Shown here piece by piece: positions 18,621 to 28,459 of a DNA stretch of 32,000 nucleotides (its first letter is position 1; each line of letters begins with the position of its first letter). The position numbers and the translations under genes were made by a program. Source of the stretch: Zymomonas mobilis subsp. mobilis ATCC 10988 (GTDB lineage Bacteria > Pseudomonadota > Alphaproteobacteria > Sphingomonadales > Sphingomonadaceae); NCBI RefSeq assembly GCF_000175255.2, contig NC_017262.1, positions 300,001 to 332,000 on the forward strand, given 5' to 3'. The notes beneath the pieces are model-generated. The model saw only the letters and a program-made list of their open reading frames with translations, ran no database searches and was not told where the DNA came from.

Positions 18621-20462
18621 ATGACACTTTCTTCGGAAAGCAAAAAAGACGAGACGAAAAAAGCCAATCAAAGACGCTTTACTATCATCACTGACCCAAG
18701 TCGGGACGCTTTGCTGACGGCCTTTGGTAAAGCGACGTTAGATGATCGTTATCTTTTACCCGGAGAAAGCTATCAGGATTTATTCGCGCGGGTAGCTGAT
18801 GCCTATGCTGATGACGAAGCGCATGCCCAACGTCTCTATGATTATATTTCTCGTTTGTGGTTCATGCCCGCAACGCCAGTTTTATCAAATGGCGGTACCA
18901 AGCGTGGTCTGCCGATTTCTTGCTATCTCAATGCCGTGCCAGATAGTTTGCAGGGCATTGTCGATATCTGGAATGAAAATGTCTGGTTGGCCTCCCGTGG
19001 CGGCGGTATCGGTACTTATTGGGGCAATGTGCGCGGCATTGGCGAACCTGTTGGCCTAAATGGTAAAACCAGCGGCATTATTCCTTTTGTTCGTGTGATG
19101 GATTCATTAACGCTCGCGATCAGCCAAGGCTCTTTGAGGCGTGGTTCAGCCGCCTGCTATATTGATATTTCACATCCTGAAATTGAAGAATTTCTTGAAA
19201 TAAGAAAACCATCAGGTGACTTTAACCGTAAGGCCTTGAATCTCCATCACGGCGTTTTAGTAACAGATGCCTTTATGGAAGCCGTACGTGATGGCCGATC
19301 TTTTGATCTGGTTTCGCCTCGTGATGGCACCAAACGTGGCGAAGTCGATGCCCGTAGCCTATTCCAAAAGCTGGTTGAAACCCGTCTTCAGACCGGTGAA
19401 CCTTATATTGTGTTCATAGATCACGTGAACAACAATATGCCCCGCCATCATCAGGCCTTGGGCTTAAAGGTCTCTAGCTCCAATCTCTGTTCTGAAATCA
19501 CCCTCCCTACCGGACAAGACCATCTCGGCAATCAGAGAACCGCTGTTTGCTGCTTGTCTTCGCTTAATCTAGTGACATGGGATCAATGGCATGACAACAA
19601 ACGCTTTATTGAGGATGTTATGCGTTTCCTTGATAACGTTTTGCAGAGCTATATCGACAATGCGCCGGATGAAATGTCTCACGCCCGATATGCCGCCATG
19701 CGGGAAAGATCGGTTGGCTTGGGCGTTATGGGCTTCCACAGCTTTTTACAGGCACGCAAAATACCCTTTGAGGGGGCTTTAGCCAAAAGTTGGAATCTCA
19801 AAATTTTCCGCCATATCAACACAAAGGCGAATGAAGCCTCAATGATGCTCGCGAAAGAACGGGGGGCTTGCCCTGATGCCGCTGACATGGGCGTTATGGA
19901 GCGTTTCTCTTGCAAAATGGCGATTGCGCCTACCGCCTCTATCAGCATCATCGCTGGCGGTGCTTCGGCCTGTATCGAGCCTATTCCAGCCAATATCTAT
20001 ACGCATAAGACGCTGTCTGGCAGTTTCGTCGTCAAAAATCCCTATTTGCAAAAACTCTTGCAAGACAAATCCAAGGATTCCGATACCGTCTGGAATTCCA
20101 TTCTCGAAAAGAACGGCTCTGTCCAACATCTTGATTGTTTGACAGCCGAAGAAAAAGACACTTTCAAAACCAGCTTTGAAATTGACCAGCGTTGGTTATT
20201 GGAAATGGCGGCGGATCGGACGCCTTATATCGATCAGGCACAATCCCTGAATCTGTTTATTCCGGCAGATGTTGAAAAATGGGACTTGCTCATGCTGCAT
20301 TTCCGCGCATGGGAATTGGGCATCAAGTCGCTTTATTATCTCCGCTCGAAATCCTTACAACGCGCAGGCTTTGCAGGCGGTGTCGAGGCCGATAACACTC
20401 CTCAGATGAGACAGATTGAAGTCGAAATGCGAAATTACGATGAATGTCTCGCCTGCCAGTAG
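18621..20462 (+). CDS. nrdA: Ribonucleoside-diphosphate reductase large (alpha) subunit, class I-like, no ATP-cone
   Basis: 613 aa. Active-site SSNLCSEITLP (the NLCxEI motif), FMPATPVLSNGGT, and a C-terminal redox tail ...DECLACQ (CxxC, as in eukaryotic-type R1). There is no VxKRDG-type ATP-cone at the N-terminus. Confidence 0.8.
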   Translation: MTLSSESKKDETKKANQRRFTIITDPSRDALLTAFGKATLDDRYLLPGESYQDLFARVADAYADDEAHAQRLYDYISRLWFMPATPVLSNGGTKRGLPISCYLNAVPDSLQGIVDIWNENVWLASRGGGIGTYWGNVRGIGEPVGLNGKTSGIIPFVRVMDSLTLAISQGSLRRGSAACYIDISHPEIEEFLEIRKPSGDFNRKALNLHHGVLVTDAFMEAVRDGRSFDLVSPRDGTKRGEVDARSLFQKLVETRLQTGEPYIVFIDHVNNNMPRHHQALGLKVSSSNLCSEITLPTGQDHLGNQRTAVCCLSSLNLVTWDQWHDNKRFIEDVMRFLDNVLQSYIDNAPDEMSHARYAAMRERSVGLGVMGFHSFLQARKIPFEGALAKSWNLKIFRHINTKANEASMMLAKERGACPDAADMGVMERFSCKMAIAPTASISIIAGGASACIEPIPANIYTHKTLSGSFVVKNPYLQKLLQDKSKDSDTVWNSILEKNGSVQHLDCLTAEEKDTFKTSFEIDQRWLLEMAADRTPYIDQAQSLNLFIPADVEKWDLLMLHFRAWELGIKSLYYLRSKSLQRAGFAGGVEADNTPQMRQIEVEMRNYDECLACQ

Positions 20463-20488
20463 GCTCTAATTAAAATTTGATGGATAAG

Positions 20489-20535
20489 AATCCTATCGCA
20501 TGAGCGGGTTGCCGTTAATGCGATAGGATTTTTTA
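20489..20535 (+). terminator. Rho-independent terminator of nrdA
   Basis: 13-bp perfect stem AATCCTATCGCAT (20489-20501) / ATGCGATAGGATT (20518-20530) followed by TTTTT. Confidence 0.85.
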
Positions 20536-20543
20536 TAAGCGCG

Positions 20544-20672
20544 TTAGGCTTGCGGGGTTTCTTCTTCGCTAAGCGCTTTTTTTTGCTGATTTTGCCTTTT
20601 TCGCAAACGCAGATTTTGACGCAGCGCCTCGGCTAATAGCTTTTTTTTGTTATCTGATTGATTTTGATGCAT
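20544..20672 (-). CDS. Small basic protein (42 aa), below the ORF-track cutoff
   Basis: Hand translation gives MHQNQSDNKKKLLAEALRQNLRLRKRQNQQKKALSEEETPQA*. The LAEALRxNLRxRK motif resembles, from memory, a small protein conserved in alphaproteobacteria. There is no clear SD. Confidence 0.35.
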   Translation of the reverse strand: MHQNQSDNKKKLLAEALRQNLRLRKRQNQQKKALSEEETPQA

Positions 20673-20773
20673 TTTTTCGAAGAATCTCTATTTTTTAAAG
20701 AAAAGTTCATATCGTCCTTGACTAATGGAAATACTTCCTTCATATGAGCGCCTCACCACAAAAAAGTGGTTGT

Positions 20774-20848
<75 letters not shown>

Positions 20849-20940
20849 TCTTTCTTCTCCCCTTAAAAACTATTTTCCTAAAAATATCAGTCAGAATAGA
20901 CGATATCATCCTATTTTTCGTCTGATTTTTATCAAAAAAA

Positions 20941-20964
20941 CCCGCTTACCGATAAGCAAGCGGG
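20941..20964. terminator. Bidirectional terminator between tRNA-Thr and argG
   Basis: Stem CCCGCTT (20941-20947) / AAGCGGG (20958-20964), flanked by an A-run upstream and TTCTTT downstream. Confidence 0.65.
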
Positions 20965-20976
20965 TTCTTTGGAAAA

Positions 20977-22203
20977 TTAAAGGCCTTTAGCGTTACGTTC
21001 ACCGAGTAAACGCAAACGCAAAGCATTGAGCTTGATAAAGCCAGCTGCATCCTGCTGGTTATAAGCACCGGCATCATCTTCAAAGGTCACGACCTTTTCG
21101 GAATAGAGCGAATTCGGCGATTTACGGCCGATAACATTCACACTGCCCTTATAGAGCTTCAGACGAACCGTGCCGCTGACTCTGGCCTGACTATGGTCAA
21201 TAGCGGCCTGCAACATTTCACGTTCTGGAGAATACCAGAAACCGTTATAGATCAGCTCGGCATAGCGCGGCATCAATTCATCTTTCAGATGCATGGCGCC
21301 ACCATCCAAGGTCAGCTGTTCGATACCGCGATGAGCCTGAATCAGAATCGTGCCGCCCGGGGTTTCATACATGCCGCGTGATTTCATGCCGATATAACGG
21401 TTTTCGACCAGATCAAGACGACCGATACCATGCTTGCGACCCAGTTCGTTGAGCTTGGTCAGCAATTCTGCCGGTGACAAGGCTTCGCCGTTAATGGCGA
21501 TGGCATCACCGCGTTCGAAATCAATGGTGATGATTTCCGGCGTATTTGGAGCCTCTTCGGGGTTAACCGTGCGGGAATAGACATAATCCGGCACTTCCTG
21601 CCACGGATCTTCGAGAATTTTACCTTCTGAAGAGGTGTGGAGCAAATTGGAATCGACCGAGAAAGGCGATTCGCCGCGTTTATCTTTCGGAACCGCGATC
21701 TGACGGGATTCAGCATAAGCAATCAATTTGCTACGGCTATTCAGATCCCATTCGCGCCAAGGAGCGATAACCTTAATATCCGGTGCCAAGGCATAATAAC
21801 CGAGTTCAAAACGAATCTGGTCATTTCCTTTTCCGGTTGCACCATGCGCCACGGCATCGGCACCGACCTGACGCGCGATTTCAATCTGGCGTTTGGCGAT
21901 TAACGGTCTCGCGATCGAGGTGCCGAGCAAATACTGACCTTCATAAAGGGCATTGGCACGCATCATTGGGAAAACAAAATCGCGAACAAATTCTTCGCGG
22001 AGATCGTCCATAAAAATATGTTCAGGCTTAATGCCCATCATTTCGGCTTTTTTACGGGCGGGTTCAAGCTCTTCGCCTTGACCGAGGTCAGCCGTAAAAG
22101 TGACGACTTCACAGCCATAATGTTCTTGTAACCATTTTAAAATAACGCTGGTATCAAGTCCACCTGAATAGGCGAGCACGACGCGTTTTACTTTTTCGGT
22201 CAT
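20977..22203 (-). CDS. argG: Argininosuccinate synthase
   Basis: 408 aa. N-terminal [16 protein letters not shown]-binding motif and a typical ArgG sequence throughout. Confidence 0.92.
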   Translation of the reverse strand: MTEKVKRVVLAYSGGLDTSVILKWLQEHYGCEVVTFTADLGQGEELEPARKKAEMMGIKPEHIFMDDLREEFVRDFVFPMMRANALYEGQYLLGTSIARPLIAKRQIEIARQVGADAVAHGATGKGNDQIRFELGYYALAPDIKVIAPWREWDLNSRSKLIAYAESRQIAVPKDKRGESPFSVDSNLLHTSSEGKILEDPWQEVPDYVYSRTVNPEEAPNTPEIITIDFERGDAIAINGEALSPAELLTKLNELGRKHGIGRLDLVENRYIGMKSRGMYETPGGTILIQAHRGIEQLTLDGGAMHLKDELMPRYAELIYNGFWYSPEREMLQAAIDHSQARVSGTVRLKLYKGSVNVIGRKSPNSLYSEKVVTFEDDAGAYNQQDAAGFIKLNALRLRLLGERNAKGL

Positions 22204-22462
22204 GAAACTCTCCGGAATAGAATTATCAATGCGGCAATATTTTTACCGTATAGCCGCCGCTTGCCATGCTTATCATGGCGTTTCAAGCGCCATCCTGCTT
22301 AAAAATTTTGTGACCCGTCTTATAAAAAAGACAAGGCGTCTTATTATAGGATAATCAGACAATATTCATAAACTGCCTGATACCCATCATCTTAGAGAAA
22401 ATATTGGGATCATATCACTGTAAAACAGTTTTCCACTTCTCTCTTGGAGTAAGGTCAAAATA

Positions 22463-23080
22463 ATGAAAAAGAAAAATTTTCTTTTGCGTAGTCTGTCCTT
22501 GGCGTCAGGTCTGTTTTTAGCGGCAACCCCCCTCATGCAGGCTTCCGCCCAACAGGCCGCTGAACAGGTTCCGCCCTATATCCTGCCGATCACTCGCGCA
22601 GAAACGCAGGCGCAGGTAAAACAAAATTTCGATAAATTTGATCTTGACCATAATGGCGTGGTGACGAAATCGGAATTTCAGACGGCCTTGGCTAATGAAA
22701 AAAACCAATGTCAGGCTATGATGGCCAAATTCAAGGATGCGAAGAACAGCGGTAAGACCAAAACCCCGCCGCCGCCCCCGCCGACTGGTGATGGTAATAC
22801 GCCGCCACCTCCTCCTCCAGAAGACGGTAAAGGTGGTCATCATCACGGCCATCATGGTATGTGCGATCATATGGACAGAGGGCCCATCTCTCACTGGTTC
22901 GAACGCGCTGACACCAATCATGATGGTCAGGTGACCTATGATGAAGCCAGCAGCCAGATTCTCGCCGCTTATGATGCCGTTGATACCAATCATGATGGCA
23001 TCATTACTCCGGAAGAACGGAAAGCCGCCTTTGAGAAATGGAAACAGACCCATCCATTTCCTAAACCTTCTTCCAAATAA
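22463..23080 (+). CDS. Secreted EF-hand calcium/metal-binding protein with poly-Pro and His-rich linker
   Basis: Signal peptide ...LMQASAQQ. Three EF-hand loops: DLDHNGVVTKSE, DTNHDGQVTYDE and DTNHDGIITPEE. Central PPPPPPTGDGNTPPPPPPEDGKGGHHHGHHGMCDHMD segment. Confidence 0.75.
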   Translation: MKKKNFLLRSLSLASGLFLAATPLMQASAQQAAEQVPPYILPITRAETQAQVKQNFDKFDLDHNGVVTKSEFQTALANEKNQCQAMMAKFKDAKNSGKTKTPPPPPPTGDGNTPPPPPPEDGKGGHHHGHHGMCDHMDRGPISHWFERADTNHDGQVTYDEASSQILAAYDAVDTNHDGIITPEERKAAFEKWKQTHPFPKPSSK

Positions 23081-23100
23081 CCCTACCCTCCCTTGAAAAA

Positions 23101-23131
23101 AGCCTCCTGTTTTCGGACAGGAGGCTTTTTA
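23101..23131. terminator. Bidirectional terminator between the EF-hand gene and cfa
   Basis: 10-bp perfect stem AGCCTCCTGT (23101-23110) / ACAGGAGGCT (23117-23126), with an A-run before and a T-run after. Confidence 0.85.
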
Positions 23132-23200
23132 TTATCTCAAAATGATGGGCTTCTTTGCTCATGCCTTTGGTCTAGCTCAAAAAGCTCTCTTTAAAGCGCT

Positions 23201-24448
23201 TTATTCGGGGCTAGAGAGGTTTTTTGCCTGTTCTCTTAACAAGGCCTCACTCTCAAACATATAATCCCGTGTAAGAGGCAGACTATCTCGCTTGCGAATA
23301 TATTGAAGCTGGTAATTACACATCTGGCCGTATTGGAAGGCCGCAGAAGCACCTGCGAGATAGAAAGTCCACATCCGATAAAAACGGACATCATAGAGTT
23401 TGATAATCTCAGCACGGGCAGCCAAAACATTTTTATACCACTGATTCAGGGTATACATGTAATGCAGCCTTAAATTCTCGACATCGGAAAGGATAAGGCC
23501 GCTCTGCTCGCTGGCAGACACAATTTCCGATAAAGCCGGACAATATCCACCGGGGAAAATATATTTATTTGTCCATGGATCGGTGGTGCCGGGCAATCCC
23601 AGCCGTCCAATCGTATGCAACAACAATACACCATCATCGGTCAGAAGATCGCGACAATGATTGAAGAAATTTTTGTAGTAAGGCGGGCCCACATGCTCAA
23701 ACATGCCGACCGAAACAATACGATCAAAACGGCCTTTGACTTCGCGATAATCAATGAGCTGAAATTTTACCCGATCATCAAGACCCGCTTCTTTGGCGCG
23801 TTTACGGGCAATTTTTAATTGTTCTTCGGATAAGGTCACGCCCAAAACTTCGACATCGGCGATTTGACCAAGGAAGAGCGCCATACCGCCCCATCCACAA
23901 CCGATATCCAATATTCTCTGCCCCGATTTCAGATCCAGCTTGGATGCGATGTGAATCTTTTTATCAAGCTGCGCCTGATCCAGACTGTTATGAATATCGG
24001 TAAAATAACCGCAGCTATATTGTCGATCCTTGTCAAGAAAAAGATCATATAAACGGCCATCCAGATCATAATGATGGGCGACATTTTGTTTGGATCGTTT
24101 TTCCCAATTCAACCGCTGGAAACGATTGGTCAGATGCTGGATGGTGCGGGGGATAATGCCGCCTTCCAGCATATTGGCATTATCCCTGACAGTATTCTTA
24201 AGGATAAGGCGGATAAGCCCCATGATGTCTTCATCATCAACGGACATTCGGCCATCCATATAGGCCTCACCCGATCCCATATAAGGATGGATCGCCACGA
24301 AATCAGGGGCTTCCGGATCATGGAAGCGCACCGTCACGGGGGCTTCGCCTTCTGACACACCGTAAGAATGACGATGGCCATTTGATTCAACAATGATCAA
24401 TTGTCCTTGTCGAACCAGCTTTTTCAAGAATCTATCAAGTAGCCACAT
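23201..24448 (-). CDS. cfa: Cyclopropane-fatty-acyl-phospholipid synthase family SAM methyltransferase
   Basis: 415 aa. SAM-binding motif ILDIGCGWGG and CFA-synthase-like flanking sequence (YDL..D.FL.LFLD....YSC.YF). Confidence 0.85.
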   Translation of the reverse strand: MWLLDRFLKKLVRQGQLIIVESNGHRHSYGVSEGEAPVTVRFHDPEAPDFVAIHPYMGSGEAYMDGRMSVDDEDIMGLIRLILKNTVRDNANMLEGGIIPRTIQHLTNRFQRLNWEKRSKQNVAHHYDLDGRLYDLFLDKDRQYSCGYFTDIHNSLDQAQLDKKIHIASKLDLKSGQRILDIGCGWGGMALFLGQIADVEVLGVTLSEEQLKIARKRAKEAGLDDRVKFQLIDYREVKGRFDRIVSVGMFEHVGPPYYKNFFNHCRDLLTDDGVLLLHTIGRLGLPGTTDPWTNKYIFPGGYCPALSEIVSASEQSGLILSDVENLRLHYMYTLNQWYKNVLAARAEIIKLYDVRFYRMWTFYLAGASAAFQYGQMCNYQLQYIRKRDSLPLTRDYMFESEALLREQAKNLSSPE

Positions 24449-24503
24449 GGTCAGAGTTTACATGCTTTAACTTGATAGAAAAAGGCAGAAATACCCCAAG
24501 CCG

Positions 24504-25679
24504 CTATGACAATGTTATCATTGAATCCCGCTTGGATTGTCTTTCTGCCGCTGATTTTAACTGACCACAAGCGGCCATGATATCCTGACCTCTTGTCCGG
24601 CGGACGGGGGCTGAAATACCAGCGTTAAAGACAATCTCGGAAAAACGGGCAATCCGCTCCGGTGTTGAACATTCATAAGGTGAATTTGGCCAAGGATTAA
24701 AAGGAATCAGATTCACTTTTGCGGGTAAACGGTAATATTGTAATAACCGAACAAGCTCATGCGCATCTTCTTCGCTGTCATTCTTATCTTTTAACATCAC
24801 ATATTCAAAAGTGATCCGGCGGGCATTATTGACCCCGGGATAGGCGGCACAAGCAGCCAGTAATTCGTCGATTCCGTATTTTTTGTTAATCGGAACGATT
24901 TCATCGCGAACGGCTTTGGTAACCGCATGAAGGGATACGGCAAGGTTAACACCAATTTCCTCCCCTGCCCGTGCCATCATCGGCACCACGCCCGAAGTAG
25001 AAAGGGTGATCCGGCGGCGTGACAAAGCGATACCGTCACCATCCATAACCAATTTCAAGGCATCGCGAACATTATCAAAGTTATAAAGCGGCTCGCCCAT
25101 GCCCATCATCACGACATTGGTTAACAGCCGACCTTCCGGCTTAGACGGCCATTCATCAAGGCTGTCACGGGCAAGCATGATCTGACCCACAATTTCACCA
25201 ACAGTCAGATTTCGCACCAAACGCATCGTGCCAGTATTGCAAAAACGACAATTCAGGGTGCAACCGATCTGACTGGAAATGCACAAAGTGCCGCGGTCAG
25301 CATCAGGAATAAAGACCATTTCATAATCATAGCCGTCATCAGTCTTTAACAGCCATTTACGGGTGCCATCGGTCGATATCTGCATAGTAACGACTTCGGG
25401 ACGCGAAATGGCAAAATGTTCGGCCAGCCAAGGGCGCATGGTCTTGGCAATATCGGTCATACCATCAAAAGCAACCGCACCACGATTATACATCCAATGC
25501 CATAGCTGTTTGGTGCGTAATTTTGCCTGTTTTTCGTCCAATCCCTTGGATTTTAACGCCGCGCGTATGTCTTCACGGGACAAGCCTAAAAGGTCAATGC
25601 GACCATCCTTTCGGATAGCAATAGGCTTCTGGGAATCAGTCTTGGTTTCTGTCAGGCTATCGGCAACTACAGAAGTCAT
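24504..25679 (-). CDS. rlmN: 23S rRNA/tRNA adenine-C2 methyltransferase, radical SAM
   Basis: 391 aa. Radical-SAM cluster motif [12 protein letters not shown], and a sequence typical of RlmN (...MGMGEPL.N...V..A......D.G...S.R.IT.STSG). Confidence 0.9.
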   Translation of the reverse strand: MTSVVADSLTETKTDSQKPIAIRKDGRIDLLGLSREDIRAALKSKGLDEKQAKLRTKQLWHWMYNRGAVAFDGMTDIAKTMRPWLAEHFAISRPEVVTMQISTDGTRKWLLKTDDGYDYEMVFIPDADRGTLCISSQIGCTLNCRFCNTGTMRLVRNLTVGEIVGQIMLARDSLDEWPSKPEGRLLTNVVMMGMGEPLYNFDNVRDALKLVMDGDGIALSRRRITLSTSGVVPMMARAGEEIGVNLAVSLHAVTKAVRDEIVPINKKYGIDELLAACAAYPGVNNARRITFEYVMLKDKNDSEEDAHELVRLLQYYRLPAKVNLIPFNPWPNSPYECSTPERIARFSEIVFNAGISAPVRRTRGQDIMAACGQLKSAAERQSKRDSMITLS

Positions 25680-25750
25680 AAATATGCAAACTCACAAACA
25701 AGGCAAAAGCCGTTAAGGGCATCAAAAACAAAATGGCGGATGTAAAAATT

Positions 25751-25787
25751 AAGCCGCTTTTCCCCGTTATTATCCGAAAAAGCGGCT
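25751..25787. terminator. Hairpin terminator between the ABC permease gene and rlmN
   Basis: 11-bp stem AAGCCGCTTTT (25751-25761) / AAAAGCGGCTT (25777-25787), with T-runs on either strand. Confidence 0.65.
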
Positions 25788-25838
25788 TTTTTCTACTGGC
25801 CAGATTCTGGCTATCCATGCGACCATAAAATTGAATAT

Positions 25839-26639
25839 CTAATGGATATCACGCTGTTTCAAAACAACCGTCACCGCAGCCGAGGCGACCAGAAAAAGAA
25901 TAAACGCAAAAGCAAGAAAACTACCTTGAGAAACGGGGAATATTTTTTCTCCCATCTTAAGGTCTAAGGTATCATGCACAAAACGAAGACCATAATCCCA
26001 AGGATATAAAAGCCAGCCTTTATCTTGGAAATAACTGCTCACGGGAAGACTGGCAAGACTACAGATATTCCCGAAAATAACCGGAAATCGGGTATTGGTC
26101 AGAAACCAGCTCAAGGCATGCTGAATCAAAAGCACGGGAAGCATCACAAAAGGCAATAGGAAGAAAGACTTCACCAGAGCCATGTCAAAGCCATAGCCTG
26201 TCATAGAACTATGAGAGCTAACCAGAAACGCCAAACTATAGACCAAAATCATCATGATATTGGCGAAAAACAGTAATCCCCATTCAAGAGACAGTTTTGC
26301 AAAAAACAGATGATAAGGCCGTAACGGCAAGGTCAGCATCATCCGCCAACTATTATTGCTATGCTCTATCCCGTTAAGACGGGCCGCTAAAACCGCAATA
26401 AAAAAGGAGAAAGCAAAACAACTCCAAAAGAAAAGGATTGTCTGCCAAACTTCCTGCCACGCGGCTATATCCAGAAAAATACCGTCATGATGACCGGCAA
26501 ACCATCCGATAAAGGCCGTCACCAAAGCAGGCGATAGCATCAATAACAACAAGCGACGGGGATGTTCGATTTTGAACCATTCGGCTGTGATAAGCCGGAT
26601 CATCAACAAGAATGATCCTTGCGTTTTTGGCACAGTCAT
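25839..26639 (-). CDS. ABC-2 type transporter permease (about 6 TM)
   Basis: 266-aa hydrophobic protein. It starts 8 nt after the stop of an ABC ATPase gene. No more specific family was recognised. Confidence 0.65.
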   Translation of the reverse strand: MTVPKTQGSFLLMIRLITAEWFKIEHPRRLLLLMLSPALVTAFIGWFAGHHDGIFLDIAAWQEVWQTILFFWSCFAFSFFIAVLAARLNGIEHSNNSWRMMLTLPLRPYHLFFAKLSLEWGLLFFANIMMILVYSLAFLVSSHSSMTGYGFDMALVKSFFLLPFVMLPVLLIQHALSWFLTNTRFPVIFGNICSLASLPVSSYFQDKGWLLYPWDYGLRFVHDTLDLKMGEKIFPVSQGSFLAFAFILFLVASAAVTVVLKQRDIH

Positions 26640-26647
26640 AAAATACG

Positions 26648-27565
26648 TTACGCCTTATTTCTGGAAGTAGCCATTTGCTGCGAAAACCATTCTTCCAAAG
26701 AGGGTTTTTCTAAAATAGCCTGATAAAAGTCGATATCCGCCGCTACAAGCTGACGATAAAGCGCGCTGGCTTCTTCTCGGGTCATATTATCGACAAGTAA
26801 GCGATGATCGCCGTAATGGCTGACTTGATAGGATGACTGCGACAAAAAGGCGAAAGCCTTTTCAACATCCGTCACATTCAATCTCAAAGCTGATCGGCCT
26901 GCGGCTCTGATCTCTTCCAATTCCCCTTGAAACAGAATGGTTCCTTGATCGAGCAAGGCCAAATGGCTGGCTGTTTTTTCGACTTCTTCCAATTGATGGC
27001 TGGAAAAGAAAACGGTGCAACCTGTTTTTTCAGGCAGGCTAATCAGCAATTCTCTGATTTCTTTAATGCCTTCAGGATCAAGCCCATTGGTAGGCTCATC
27101 CAGAACCAGCAATTCGGGATTGCCTAACAACGCATGTGCCAAAGCCAATCTTTGCCGCATCCCCAAGGAATAAAGGGCGATTTTTAAACGGGGTTCCGTA
27201 TGGAGATTAACAATCGCCAAAACCCGATCAATATCTTGATAGGGAATATCTTTAACCACACAGCCTATTTTTAAAAATTCGCGGGCTGTCATATGGTTAT
27301 ATAGGCTTGGGGAATCCACTAAACACCCCATCCGTGCCAAAGCCGGTATCGGGTTTTTCTGCATATCCTGACCCAAAACCGTTACCTTGCCGGATGTAAT
27401 CCGATAAAGACCGGTAATAATGCGGATTGTAGTAGATTTTCCCTGACCGTTATTGCCCAAAAAAGCAAAGAGGCTGCCTTTAGGAACCGTCAGATTGATC
27501 TCTTTTAAGACAGGGCGAGTGCCGAAATTTTTGGAAAGATGGGCAAGCTGAATAGCTGCGGACAA
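26648..27565 (-). CDS. ABC transporter ATP-binding protein (ABC-2/DrrA-like)
   Basis: Walker A GNNGQGKST, signature SLGMRQRL, Walker B LLVLDEP. The TTG start at 27565 is preceded by GGGAG with a 5-nt spacer. Confidence 0.85.
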   Translation of the reverse strand: MSAAIQLAHLSKNFGTRPVLKEINLTVPKGSLFAFLGNNGQGKSTTIRIITGLYRITSGKVTVLGQDMQKNPIPALARMGCLVDSPSLYNHMTAREFLKIGCVVKDIPYQDIDRVLAIVNLHTEPRLKIALYSLGMRQRLALAHALLGNPELLVLDEPTNGLDPEGIKEIRELLISLPEKTGCTVFFSSHQLEEVEKTASHLALLDQGTILFQGELEEIRAAGRSALRLNVTDVEKAFAFLSQSSYQVSHYGDHRLLVDNMTREEASALYRQLVAADIDFYQAILEKPSLEEWFSQQMATSRNKA

Positions 27566-27645
27566 AATTTTCTCCCTTTGAACCGGAAAACAGAAAAGAC
27601 GTCAGGGTTATTGGCTATTCAGCACAAAATAAGAGGAACAGGAAA

Positions 27646-28287
27646 TTAGACTTCCCGATAAGTCTGCAAAGTATACTCACTTATGCCGAAAGCCGCTAGG
27701 TCTGTTTTCATCTCGGCCAAGGCTGCGTCATCCAAGATTGCAGGATAAACGGTGGTGCGTATCTGATATTCGACGCCGCTTTCCAAAAGATAGCTGAGGC
27801 TGGTTTTTACCTTTTCGGCGGTATTCGGAATACGGGTAATCGCATCATATTGAGAAAAAGGCGCTTTGATATCAAAGCCTACCCAAGTAACCAAAGGCAA
27901 TAAAGGCCGGAAACGCTCCGGCTTCATTCCCGCCGTATGAAGCCCTATCTTAAGCCCCATATCGCGGACAATTTGCATCGCTTCAGGAAGAGCTGCTTGT
28001 AAAGTTGGCTCACCCCCTGAAAAAACTACGCCATCCAAAAGACCGCGTCGCTGTTCCAGAAAGTCCAGCACGTCTTCCCAAGGAATACGATTCCCTGAAT
28101 TGTCTATTGCAGGCCGTAACGACTGGTTATGACAATAAGGACAGTCCCAGCTACAGCCCTGACAAAAGACAGTAGCGACCAGCTCCCCTGGCCAGTCGCA
28201 ACTGGACATGGGAGCCAATCCACCGATCCTAAGATCAGTTGCAGCCACAACGACCCTCTTCGAAATAACGACGCTGGCCGAATTCAC
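27646..28287 (-). CDS. nrdG: Anaerobic ribonucleoside-triphosphate reductase activating protein (radical SAM)
   Basis: Cluster motif CQGCSWDCPYCHN preceded by ...SSCDWPGELVATVF, as in NrdG. The start is uncertain: GTG 28287 overlaps the upstream small ORF by 53 nt, and GTG 28248 overlaps it by 14 nt. Confidence 0.85.
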   Translation of the reverse strand: MNSASVVISKRVVVAATDLRIGGLAPMSSCDWPGELVATVFCQGCSWDCPYCHNQSLRPAIDNSGNRIPWEDVLDFLEQRRGLLDGVVFSGGEPTLQAALPEAMQIVRDMGLKIGLHTAGMKPERFRPLLPLVTWVGFDIKAPFSQYDAITRIPNTAEKVKTSLSYLLESGVEYQIRTTVYPAILDDAALAEMKTDLAAFGISEYTLQTYREV

Positions 28288-28423
28288 CCTGCTTGCCGAT
28301 ATTGAAAGAGGAAACCGGACGATGATACCCCATAACCCGCGTCCAAATTTCGCAAGGCTGACGTTCTTCGTCTTTCAATTCTATTTTGGCAAAATCTTGG
28401 GTGTCTTTTTTCATCTCGGTCAT
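28235..28423 (-). CDS. Stand-alone glycyl-radical C-terminal module of class III RNR (62 aa)
   Basis: The ATG at 28423 is preceded by AAGGAG (28436-28431) with a 7-nt spacer. It contains CEIWTRVMGYHRPVSSFNIGKQGEFGQRRYF. This corresponds to the RVxGY glycyl-radical loop plus the WN/FN.GK..EF segment that normally ends NrdD. Confidence 0.7.
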   Translation of the reverse strand: MTEMKKDTQDFAKIELKDEERQPCEIWTRVMGYHRPVSSFNIGKQGEFGQRRYFEEGRCGCN

Positions 28424-28459
28424 GATTTTTCTCCTTAAAATTTTGAATATCTAAAATTC

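Noticed and set aside
22517-23053. 178-aa minus-strand ORF opposite the EF-hand gene.
   Set aside because: The plus-strand frame has a signal peptide and three canonical EF loops. The antisense frame is Arg-rich low-complexity sequence generated by the Pro/Gly/His codon runs.
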